Origin: Thermoproteota archaeon
GTDB lineage: Archaea > Asgardarchaeota > Jordiarchaeia > Jordiarchaeales > Freyrarchaeaceae
DNA length: 23,512 bases
NCBI GenBank assembly: GCA_029258835.1
Contig: JAPDJY010000015.1
Coordinates: forward strand, 1 to 23,512
Direction: 5' to 3'
Below the pieces are notes generated by a model. It made no database searches. It was not told the DNA's origin and worked only from the letters and a program-made list of their open reading frames with translations. The position numbers were made by a program, and so were the translations under genes. Below, in pieces: positions 1 through 7,874 of this stretch. How positions within the stretch are numbered: the stretch's first letter is position 1; each line of letters begins with the position of its first letter.

Positions 1-1
1 C

Positions 2-505
2 GAGCTCACATCATTTCTTAACTCGAAGCGTATAGTTAACGCTGTGGTGTATATAAGGGAGCCGGCAAAGCTTGAAGACGTAAAATTAGCCATGGATGAG
101 GCAGCAACGTTTAAACCGGCATTAATCATTGCAAACAAGGGGGATCTCCCTAGAAGCGCCAAATCCTTTAGGATCCTACGTGATCGTTACTCGCAGAGGT
201 TCCCCATTTACCCGGTGTCATCCCTCACAGGTAAGGGCTTCGAGAAGCTGGGTGAAGCCTTGTTCTCCACCCTCGGAGTGATCCGAGTGTTCACGAAAGA
301 ACCAAGTAAGCCCCCCTCTGATAAGCCAATAATTCTTAGATCCGGTGCGACTGTGCGTGACGCCATCCAACGCCTGCGGCCGAGCATGCTCAAATCTTTT
401 AGATACGCCAAGGTTTATGGTCCATCAGCCAAGTACGATGGGGAAAAAGTGGGGTTAGACCACGTTTTAATGGATGGAGACGTGATTCAAGTTCACACGT
501 CGTAG
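2..505 (+). CDS. DRG/Rbg-type Obg-family GTP-binding protein, C-terminal part with TGS domain (5' end outside window)
   Basis: The reading frame is open from nt 2 with no stop before the listed ORF start at 44. The C-terminal region (VIRVFTKEP...ILRSGATVRDA...GDVIQV) looks like the TGS domain that ends DRG-family GTPases. Confidence 0.75.
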   Translation, partial: ELTSFLNSKRIVNAVVYIREPAKLEDVKLAMDEAATFKPALIIANKGDLPRSAKSFRILRDRYSQRFPIYPVSSLTGKGFEKLGEALFSTLGVIRVFTKEPSKPPSDKPIILRSGATVRDAIQRLRPSMLKSFRYAKVYGPSAKYDGEKVGLDHVLMDGDVIQVHTS

Positions 506-508
506 TGG

Positions 509-1255
509 GTGTCCTTCTTGCACGACATAAAAGTGGTTCTTGTGGGGGCCGAGCACGCAGGCAACGTGGGTGCTGTTGCAAGAGTGATGAAAAACTTCGG
601 GGTTAAAGAGCTAGTGCTGGTATCCCCCAAGTTCGCCTCCTTCGATGAGGCTTACGCGAGGGCCATGCATGGAAGAGACGTCCTTGAAAACGCGAGGATG
701 TTTAAAACCGTTAAGGAAGCAATAGTGGACGCGGACTGTGTAGTGGCAACAACCGCTAGATTAGGTGACCAGTATCATGTTTTCAGGACGGCTATAACAC
801 CACAAACCCTAGTTGAAAACTTGGGGGGTGTTGAAGGGAAAGTGGCCATCCTCTTTGGAAGGGAAAGTAGCGGGTTAACAAACGAGGAGATCAAGGAAGC
901 AGACATAGTTGTTACGATACCGGCATCCGAGGACTACCCAACCCTAAACCTTTCCCACGCAGTAGCCATAATACTCTATGAGCTCTTCAAATCGTCCCTC
1001 AGCCACCTTACGAAGAAAAAGGTTAGAGCCGCTACGAGGAGGGAACGCGAGCAGGCCCTCAAATTCTTCAGGGAAATAATACTGGCCCTCGGCTATAGAG
1101 AAGAAAAAATCGAACTGGTAGAAAAGGCCTTTAGAAACATAATCTCTAGAGCCTGGATCTCTGGAAGGGAAATGCACACTCTCCTAGGGGTGCTGAGGAA
1201 AATCCGAGATCGCCTATGTGAAACAGATAAAGCCAACAAGCCACTTACCAGTTAA
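509..1255 (+). CDS. trmJ: SPOUT-class tRNA 2'-O-ribose methyltransferase, TrmJ-like
   Basis: The N-terminal motif VLVGAEHAGNVGAVARVMKNFGVKELVLVSP and the C-terminal knot motifs FGRESSGLTNEE and IPASEDYPTLNLSHAVAIILYE are typical of the TrmJ/TrmH SpoU family. The start is GTG, 4 nt after the upstream stop. Confidence 0.75.
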   Translation: MSFLHDIKVVLVGAEHAGNVGAVARVMKNFGVKELVLVSPKFASFDEAYARAMHGRDVLENARMFKTVKEAIVDADCVVATTARLGDQYHVFRTAITPQTLVENLGGVEGKVAILFGRESSGLTNEEIKEADIVVTIPASEDYPTLNLSHAVAIILYELFKSSLSHLTKKKVRAATRREREQALKFFREIILALGYREEKIELVEKAFRNIISRAWISGREMHTLLGVLRKIRDRLCETDKANKPLTS

Positions 1256-2465
1256 CCCGGCTGGAGGCCTCCCTGTGTCCACCTTCACGATCCTTATAAC
1301 AACGTCCGCGGGAGTGGAAGACCTTACCGCTAAGGAAGCCGAGGAGGTTACAGGTAGGAGGGCAGGGATAGACGGGCCGGGGAGGGTCTATTTTGAAGCT
1401 AAAAATGTGGAGGACGCCTTGAAAGCCCTCTACTCCCTGCGCTTAGCTAAGAGGGTCATGATTAAGCTGGCTGAAGCCGAGGTCACCGGAAAACAGGACG
1501 ACCTAACGCGGATATATCGTACAGTAAAGAGAGCGGAGCTATCATCGTTCTTGGCGAGAGAGCAAACGTTCGCTATTAGAAGTAAAAGGATAGGTGAACA
1601 TGAATATACTTCAATCGACGTGGCACGTGTAGCCGGGCAAGCGGTCATAGACCATGTTCTGGAAGCAAGAAAGTACAGACAGAAGGTCAACCTAGACTCT
1701 CCTGATGTGATATTTAGAAGCTACGTCATTCATACCAAATTCTACTTCACACTCGACTTAACAGGTGACGTTTCCCTTGAAAGGCGAGGGTACAAAACGG
1801 AGGTGGCAATACACCCCGCGTCGTTAAAACCTGTCCTAGCAGCCAGCATGCTTAAGCTCTCCGGGTGGGATGGCACCCAGAGCATGCTAGATCCGATGTG
1901 CGGCTTGGGGACTATATGCATCGAGGCGGCGTGGATGGCGAAGAAGATACCCGCTGCATACCTCAGGAAGGATGACCTTCAAGTCGTAAGGTACCGCTTT
2001 CCAGGGAGGGTCGACCTCGCCGAAGTGTTTAGGGAAGTTGAATCTCAAATAGAGTGGGGCAGGAAGCCGAGGATAACCGGAAGCGACGTTAAAGAAAAAT
2101 ACATTGCAGGCGCTAAGAAACATGCGGAAAACGCCCTAGTACAAGACGACGTATCATTCATGGTTAAAAACATTGAAGAATATTTAAGGGGCAACGTGGA
2201 AGCTTCCTCCTTCGACCTAATAGTCACTAACCCTCCCTACGGGATCAGGGTTGGACGGGCGAAACGGATAGCATCCCTCTACACCCTCCTCGTTAAAGCA
2301 TCACGCAAACTTCTTACTGGCGGAGGCACATTATGCCTCATAACCCCTCACGCCACTATAGCCAAGAGAGCAGCGGAGAGCGAGGGCTTCCATGTAACCC
2401 ATGAAAGATGGGTGAAATACGGAAACTTAAACGTTAGAATACTCGTCTTCAAGAATAATGGTTAA
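1218..2465 (+). CDS. THUMP-domain class I SAM-dependent RNA (guanine-N2) methyltransferase, Trm14/RlmL-like
   Basis: A THUMP-like N-terminal half is followed by the SAM motif DPMCGLGTICIEAA and the catalytic motif TNPPYG. The ATG at 1218 overlaps trmJ by 38 nt; the GTG at 1275, just after the trmJ stop, is an equally plausible start. Confidence 0.8.
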   Translation: MKQIKPTSHLPVNPAGGLPVSTFTILITTSAGVEDLTAKEAEEVTGRRAGIDGPGRVYFEAKNVEDALKALYSLRLAKRVMIKLAEAEVTGKQDDLTRIYRTVKRAELSSFLAREQTFAIRSKRIGEHEYTSIDVARVAGQAVIDHVLEARKYRQKVNLDSPDVIFRSYVIHTKFYFTLDLTGDVSLERRGYKTEVAIHPASLKPVLAASMLKLSGWDGTQSMLDPMCGLGTICIEAAWMAKKIPAAYLRKDDLQVVRYRFPGRVDLAEVFREVESQIEWGRKPRITGSDVKEKYIAGAKKHAENALVQDDVSFMVKNIEEYLRGNVEASSFDLIVTNPPYGIRVGRAKRIASLYTLLVKASRKLLTGGGTLCLITPHATIAKRAAESEGFHVTHERWVKYGNLNVRILVFKNNG

Positions 2466-2592
2466 GCATCATAGTGGAAGCTGAAGCCAGGCATGAGCCA
2501 CGTCGTAAGCCACCCGTAAAAACCAGCCTTAACATGGTGGGAACATCGTCGCCTACGAGGAGGGAAAGGGTACCTTAATATCGAGCCGCCAA

Positions 2593-2621
2593 CCTTCATT
2601 AATGAAGGGATTAATGAAGGG
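2593..2621. promoter_or_regulatory. Perfect 16-nt palindrome CCTTCATTAATGAAGG overlapping a tandem 12-mer (ATTAATGAAGGG x2) in the AT-rich promoter region of ORF 2644
   Basis: Read directly: the palindrome is at 2593-2608 and the tandem copies at 2598-2609 and 2610-2621. They are followed by ATAATTAATAAA and the ATG at 2644. The position fits a TATA/BRE-overlapping operator. Confidence 0.3.
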
Positions 2622-2643
2622 ATAATTAATAAACAGGCGTTTA

Positions 2644-3780
2644 ATGGAGAGCGTAACCGTGAAAAACCATGAACTTATTGAAGACGCTCTAGAGAAGGTG
2701 TTCAGCTTAAAAGACCGGTTAAAACGCTTAGAGCTGGGCAGCTTTCCCAGGGCAAACCAGAAAAGGGCGGTGGACGCCTTGCACTACATCCTTTCAAAGT
2801 TAAGAGAGGGACTTGAACTTGCACTATCCACCCCTGAAAAAGACGCTAACAACGAAGATAGAAAGCTCACGGAACCACTCTGGAACATACATGAAACCAT
2901 AGGGTCAATTTACGATTTCATCGAGAAACTCGAATTGTCAAGCACAAGCCACACCCCCCTAGGGGCAATATACCTCGTAGAACACCTTGCCGAGAAGGTA
3001 AAAGCAAAAATAGCCCCCATCATATGTTTCCACGGCAAGACTTTCTCCCACCTCACCCTAAACCACATCCTAAAGCTGGAAGGGGACATACGTAAAAGGT
3101 TAGACCACATAGTGATGTTTACCATACCAGCAACCCTAAGGGACGACGTTCTATCATACTGTCTCGTAACACGCGAACTCACACTACACGTAATCCTAAC
3201 AGAAGAAAACATAGACGCCCCCCTATTGTCAACTGCGGCAGACGTACTCTCATCCCTCATGCTCGGGCCCGCATACCTGTACGCCCTCGAAAAATTCCTC
3301 CAAACAAGGAGGACCCCTCCAAGCGAAGTGACGCCACGTCTAAGAATCATAGCAAAAACCCTAAAAGACGAGGGATACCCTGAGCACCTCCTAACCCGCC
3401 TAGGGAGTAACTCGCAAGCCCAAAACGAGGGAGACGAGGCCCTCCAAGCCCTTAAGCAACGATTCAAGAAAACGCGTGCATACTATCCGCCTGAACAATT
3501 CAACTTAGAAGTCCCCCAGCTAACCTCCAGAATACTAGCCCTAACGCCGCCAAACGAAATAGTCATCCCGTCAAAAAAGGAAACCCTCCCCGCACAGGTC
3601 CCTTCAATAATTAACGCAGGCTGGCTGGTTAGGAAAAACCACATGAACAAAATATACGAAGCATTCAACGCCAAGAAACCCGAAGAAAAATACCAGGTGA
3701 AAAGAAGGTTCAATGCGCTGATAGAAAAAGCCATAGAGCTAAGCATCATCCATAAAACCCTAATGGAGGGCCCAACTTGA
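2644..3780 (+). CDS. hypothetical protein, 378 aa, predicted largely alpha-helical, no family recognised
   Basis: Long ORF with an ATG start downstream of an AT-rich promoter. Its stop overlaps the TTG start of the next gene (TTGA). It contains one Rx4H string (RKRLDH), which is too short to assign a HEPN domain. Confidence 0.7.
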   Translation: MESVTVKNHELIEDALEKVFSLKDRLKRLELGSFPRANQKRAVDALHYILSKLREGLELALSTPEKDANNEDRKLTEPLWNIHETIGSIYDFIEKLELSSTSHTPLGAIYLVEHLAEKVKAKIAPIICFHGKTFSHLTLNHILKLEGDIRKRLDHIVMFTIPATLRDDVLSYCLVTRELTLHVILTEENIDAPLLSTAADVLSSLMLGPAYLYALEKFLQTRRTPPSEVTPRLRIIAKTLKDEGYPEHLLTRLGSNSQAQNEGDEALQALKQRFKKTRAYYPPEQFNLEVPQLTSRILALTPPNEIVIPSKKETLPAQVPSIINAGWLVRKNHMNKIYEAFNAKKPEEKYQVKRRFNALIEKAIELSIIHKTLMEGPT

Positions 3781-4391
3781 CGGTTCTCTCAAAAAAAGAA
3801 ATACTTGAAAGAATATTCACCGAAAACGAAAATGAAAGGCTCGTGATCACTCCCCTCATATCAAAAGACCAGATATCAGCCAGCTCGGTAGATGTCAGAC
3901 TGGGAACAGAATTCATCATAACAAAACGCACGAAATACTCTCTGCTAGACCCCGCACAAGAAAACATAGAATCTGAAATAGAACAATACCAAGAAAAAAT
4001 ACATGTACCATTCGGAGAGAAACTAATCCTACGCCCACACCAGCTAATCCTAGGGAGCACACTAGAATACATAAAACTCCCCCGAGACCTAATCGGCTAC
4101 GTAATAGGGCGCTCCTCATGGGGGCGGCTAGGCTTAATAATAGCCACAGCAACCCTCGTCAACCCAGGATACACGGGAACCCTGACCCTAGAACTAATAA
4201 ATCTCGGCGAAGCCGACATAGCCTTATACCCGGGATCACGCATAGCCCAACTTGTAATCCACGAACTAAGCGAAATAGAAGAAGGATACATGCAGAAACC
4301 CCTCGCAAAATACGTAGGATCTACAGGACCAGAATTCAGTAAAATACACAAAGACAAGGAATGGAAAACCCTCACCAAACAACCACCCTAA
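3777..4391 (+). CDS. dcd: dCTP deaminase / dUTPase-fold (Dcd family) protein
   Basis: Carries the motifs SSVDVRLG, LEYIKLP, GRSSWGRLG, NPGYTGTLTLELIN and RIAQLVIHEL of the trimeric dCTP deaminase family. The N-terminus TVLSKKEILERI aligns with the usual Dcd N-terminus, which supports the TTG start at 3777. Confidence 0.8.
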   Translation: MTVLSKKEILERIFTENENERLVITPLISKDQISASSVDVRLGTEFIITKRTKYSLLDPAQENIESEIEQYQEKIHVPFGEKLILRPHQLILGSTLEYIKLPRDLIGYVIGRSSWGRLGLIIATATLVNPGYTGTLTLELINLGEADIALYPGSRIAQLVIHELSEIEEGYMQKPLAKYVGSTGPEFSKIHKDKEWKTLTKQPP

Positions 4392-5016
4392 CGGCAACCT
4401 CACACGCAACAAACAAGGAACCCGACATAAAAACACCCTCCTAACAGTCTCAGCACCATCAGAAGTCTCTCAGTTACCATAAACAACCTGCCGGCCTTAA
4501 CCCCAGCAGCCACGCCGAACATGGCTCCTTCGCTGCTAAGCCTTTCCGGCGTCTTAAAACACACGCTCCCCTAATGATTTAATCATCCACCAACCAACGC
4601 TTCATCAACCCTATGCTTTAAGGCTTAAATTCAACAAGGATCCTAGAAATAACCAAGCCCTACTTACGGCTCAACATCACTTAGAACACATAGCTGGTCC
4701 TAACAATCTATAGGGGATAACATCAAAATTAACGGTTGTTGATCCTGCGTGTTTTCTACCATCCAGCATACCAGTCGACCAAAAAGCCGATAACCCACTG
4801 CCCTGTAAGGAACTGGCAACGTAAAAAACGGCAGCACGGAACAGAAAAACACTTAGCAGGTTCAACGGTTCACTACAACACCTCCATCCTACGCCCTGAA
4901 CATCCTGGAACGCCTCCGCCCGAAAACCCGTAAAGGCACCGATGGTCTGCCGCAACCATTCGGAGGCCCATTACGCAACGTGGGAAAACCGCAGTCGAGA
5001 GTAAGGCTTCACATTG

Positions 5017-6351
5017 CTACAGGCTTCTCTTTTTCTCTAGTCTGCTAGGTTTTAATTTCTCGGCGGCGGGTTGAGGGGGTTGCCAACTTTTCTTTTTTCC
5101 GTTATAGAGACTTGGTGAAGGCAGGCTGCTTCCCAGATGGTAGCCTCTGAAGTATAGGGAATATTTTGCTACTGGGGCTAGCACCTCTTCGAGGACTCTT
5201 GTGAGCTTGTGAGTTAGGCCTGAGGGCAGCTCAAGCCAGCAGAGGAGTTCTTCACTCCCCCTAAAGTCCTCCACCTTGTAAACCCATATTTTGGGGAGTT
5301 CCCTTAAGGCTGCCTCCACGGCCTGAAAGGACACATCCAGCTCCTCGAGGATAAGAAGTAGAGATTCGCTTAGCCCTACATGGTTAAGGTTTAGTATGGG
5401 GGTTAGAGCGTCTGCTAAGAGCTTCTGCTTGCACTGGTGTGCTGCCGCGAGGCTCTTTCCTATGGCCTCCGCAAGGGCTTCAAGCCTCATCTTAGTATCC
5501 GCTGCTAGTAGGGCTGCAGCCTTAACCTCCCACGCCTCTAAGGGGAGGGGAGTTCCCTCATGCTCCACCCACCTCCAAGAGCTTTCAGAAGGTACTTCCC
5601 ATCCTTCGGCAAGCAGCTCCTTAAAGTAGACCCCCCACGCCTCAACGTTGAGCTTCCAGCCTAATCCGGGCTCATATGATGCAGTGTTAAGGCCGTAAGC
5701 AGTGCTCCTCACAAGCCAAGCTCTAACAGGGTTAAGCTCCCTGATTGGAAACCAAGCCCACCCCGCCGGAACAGTGTAAACTTGGAGGAGAAGAGGGGGG
5801 CCACCCCAGAGGAGGTGCTCGGCTGTAAGCCATTTGGCAAGGGAGACGTTTACTTCCTCCCCAGACGTTTGTGGCTCGTCGACCAGAACCACTACCTTCC
5901 TCAACCCTAGCCTTGCAGGGTTGACAACAGCCGGAAACGAAATGACCTTTTTCCTCACGAGCTCTCCTCTTCTTCGCCTTTCCCATGAGGGGGCCACCTT
6001 CAGGTTGGCTGCCGCCTCGCTTGGGGTTGCCTCAGGGTGGCTGGCGTAGTAGCTGATCAGTTTTAGGTCTGTGGAGGTGAGCTTGACCTCATAGCTTGAT
6101 GCTATGTTTCTGAGGATAAATGTTAGGTGTTCTAGCTTGACCGGGCGGCCTTGAAGGTATGCTTTCAAGGTTAAGAGGTGTTCTGTTAGCGTCTGCGTTA
6201 GTGCGCCTCCCATCCTAGCGTCTAACTCAAGCATTTCAGCCACTCTGTGATCATGTGGCATGCTGGATCTGATTTTTTTCTCTTGAAAAAATGCAGATAA
6301 TAATTTTTTAGACTCTTTGTCTAATGTATCTAGGAGGTCGCTTAACTTCAA
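5017..6351 (-). CDS. hypothetical protein with at least two winged-helix (Lrp/AsnC- or TrmB-like) HTH modules and a Trp-rich central region
   Basis: 444-aa ORF with a TTG start. The segments DLKLISYYASHPEATPSEAAANLKVAPSWERRRRGELVRKKVI and RLEALAEAIGKSLAAAHQCKQKLLADALTPILNLNHVGL look like wHTH modules. The family assignment is inference only. Confidence 0.6.
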   Translation of the reverse strand: MKLSDLLDTLDKESKKLLSAFFQEKKIRSSMPHDHRVAEMLELDARMGGALTQTLTEHLLTLKAYLQGRPVKLEHLTFILRNIASSYEVKLTSTDLKLISYYASHPEATPSEAAANLKVAPSWERRRRGELVRKKVISFPAVVNPARLGLRKVVVLVDEPQTSGEEVNVSLAKWLTAEHLLWGGPPLLLQVYTVPAGWAWFPIRELNPVRAWLVRSTAYGLNTASYEPGLGWKLNVEAWGVYFKELLAEGWEVPSESSWRWVEHEGTPLPLEAWEVKAAALLAADTKMRLEALAEAIGKSLAAAHQCKQKLLADALTPILNLNHVGLSESLLLILEELDVSFQAVEAALRELPKIWVYKVEDFRGSEELLCWLELPSGLTHKLTRVLEEVLAPVAKYSLYFRGYHLGSSLPSPSLYNGKKKSWQPPQPAAEKLKPSRLEKKRSL

Positions 6352-6535
6352 TCAACCACCAAAGTGTCCTTTGTATTATGTGCTTTAATATGGTTTACTG
6401 AAGGTTAAAGGTCAACTACGATGCTCCTCTTACTTCACGTTAAAAGAAGAAATGTATGGGATTTATGGGACATTGTTAAAAGTGGGTTAGAGAATTAAGG
6501 GAGTAATGTTTTGAAGGTTTCCCGGGTGGTTTTTT

Positions 6536-7756
6536 ATGGGTAGGGGTTGGTGCTTTTCGCTTATTGGTGGGGTTCCCGTCGGGGATTGCTTCCCGGTTAG
6601 AATAATGGCGGTCATGAATCTGAGCCCTGAATCGTTCTATAAGGGATCCGTGTTTACTGACAGTAAGAGCATTGAGCAGTATGCTTTGAAAGTTGAAGGG
6701 GATGCTGACATTTTAGATGTTGGTGCTTCCTCGTCGGCGCCTCCGGAAATATATGGTTCAAAGCCGGTTTCTGAGGGTGAGGAGCTGGAGCGTGTTGTTA
6801 ACGCAGTTAGGTTGCTGCGGGATGTTACTACGTTACCTATTTCCGTTGATACGCAGCGTGCTAAAGTCGCCGAGGCAGCTCTTAGGGAGGAAGCTCAGAT
6901 AATTAATGATGTAAGTGGCTTTAAAGGTGATCCTAGAATGGCGAGGGTTGTAGCAGATTTCGATGCTTCATGCGTTTTAATGGCGTGCTTTAAACACCCA
7001 GGAGATGCTCGAAGCATAGAGGAGGCGAGAGCTGCTCTTAAAGAGAGTATTAAGATGGCGGTGGAGGCAGGCGTGGAACAGGGAAAAATAGTCATTGACC
7101 CGGGGATAGGTTTCGGGAAGCCTTACGAGTGCGACTTAGAAATTTTAAGGGGTCTAAAAAGGCTGAAGGTTTTACGTAGGCCGGTTTTGGTCGGGGTTTC
7201 AAGAAAGCATTTTATAGGGAGAATTCTTAGCCAACCAGATCCTGCGGAAAGGCTAGTGGGCTCCATAGCAGCTACGGCCATAGCAGTGTATAACGGTGCA
7301 GACGTTATAAGAACACATGATGTAGAGGAGGCGAAGCAGGCGGCATGCGTGTCATCAGCTATTTCAAGAGGAATTAAAGTTGTAGAACGTGGAGAGGTCC
7401 TCATCGCTGACTTGACGAATATAATGCTGAACATAAGCGACGTTGAAGAGGTGATGGGTAGGATCGGTGTAAGCGACATAGGCATGAAGCTTATGCGTGA
7501 GAAGGGGGTTTACCGTTTACTCTACCTTAAAAACGTATCAACCCCCGCGGCGTTAGCATTAAAACAGCATTTACTTTCAGTTGGGGGGGACGCCGCAACG
7601 CCACATGGAGCGATAGATTTTGAGGCTAGAAAATGTGATGTGCTTTTAATGGCGACTTTGAAGCAGTTGAAAGGCATTATTCGAAAGCTGAAAATTAACG
7701 CGTTTGGCCTGCCTCAAATAGCGGACTTAATTTTAGAGTTCGTGAGGGAGACGTAG
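6536..7756 (+). CDS. dihydropteroate synthase family (pterin-binding) protein with about 120-aa C-terminal extension
   Basis: Carries the DHPS motifs VMNLSPESFYKGS, DILDVGASSS, ISVDT, INDVSG, VIDPGIGFGK, GVSRKHFIG and GADVIRTHDV. Residues after about 285 lie beyond the usual TIM-barrel core. Confidence 0.8.
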   Translation: MGRGWCFSLIGGVPVGDCFPVRIMAVMNLSPESFYKGSVFTDSKSIEQYALKVEGDADILDVGASSSAPPEIYGSKPVSEGEELERVVNAVRLLRDVTTLPISVDTQRAKVAEAALREEAQIINDVSGFKGDPRMARVVADFDASCVLMACFKHPGDARSIEEARAALKESIKMAVEAGVEQGKIVIDPGIGFGKPYECDLEILRGLKRLKVLRRPVLVGVSRKHFIGRILSQPDPAERLVGSIAATAIAVYNGADVIRTHDVEEAKQAACVSSAISRGIKVVERGEVLIADLTNIMLNISDVEEVMGRIGVSDIGMKLMREKGVYRLLYLKNVSTPAALALKQHLLSVGGDAATPHGAIDFEARKCDVLLMATLKQLKGIIRKLKINAFGLPQIADLILEFVRET

Positions 7757-7874
7757 AATGGGTTAGTATTATAGAAGTCGACCTTGTAAGATGGAAGTAT
7801 TATAGAGAGATAAGAGAGAAATCAATAACTAATGACATGTGACATGATATTTTCTATAACAGCGGGGTTCTTGA

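Noticed and set aside
2598-2621. A tandem 12-nt repeat might be the start of a CRISPR or minisatellite array.
   Set aside because: There are only two adjacent copies with no spacers, embedded in a promoter palindrome. No CRISPR-like repeat-spacer periodicity occurs anywhere in the window.
2910-3467. Long antisense ORFs inside confirmed genes: 2910-3467(-), 8465-9136(-), 14754-15176(+), 15234-15695(+), 7123-7485(-) and 17515-17862(-).
   Set aside because: They are shadow ORFs opposite strongly supported genes. Their Ser/Arg/Leu-rich low-complexity translations match no recognisable motifs.
4523-4550. Calling the GGAAA-capped hairpin plus AGCAGC motif an SRP RNA gene. Also calling ACAGAAAAACACTTAGCAGG (+ strand, about 4841-4860) or AAAGTCC (19433-19439) RNase P RNA motifs.
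   Set aside because: Only isolated short motifs match. The conserved 5' strand of helix 8 (AGG loop), the Alu-domain features, and the RNase P CR-I/CR-IV/CR-V set in proper arrangement were not found. These are kept only as a hypothesis in the findings.
4677-4955. ORFs 4677-4955(-) and 4736-4933(+) in the ORF-free gap.
   Set aside because: They overlap each other on opposite strands, have no promoter or start context, and give compositionally odd translations. The region looks non-coding.
4392-5100. An apparent switch of + strand composition from C/A-rich (left of about 5000) to G/T-rich (right) looked like a GC-skew inversion marking a replication origin.
   Set aside because: Minus-strand genes further right (porA, ORF 17956) and plus-strand genes (DHPS-like, PolD) share the same sense-strand NNU/NNG preference. 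The signal is therefore gene-specific codon usage and not strand-specific mutation bias. No orc1/cdc6 gene, ORB-like repeats or AT-rich unwinding element were seen.
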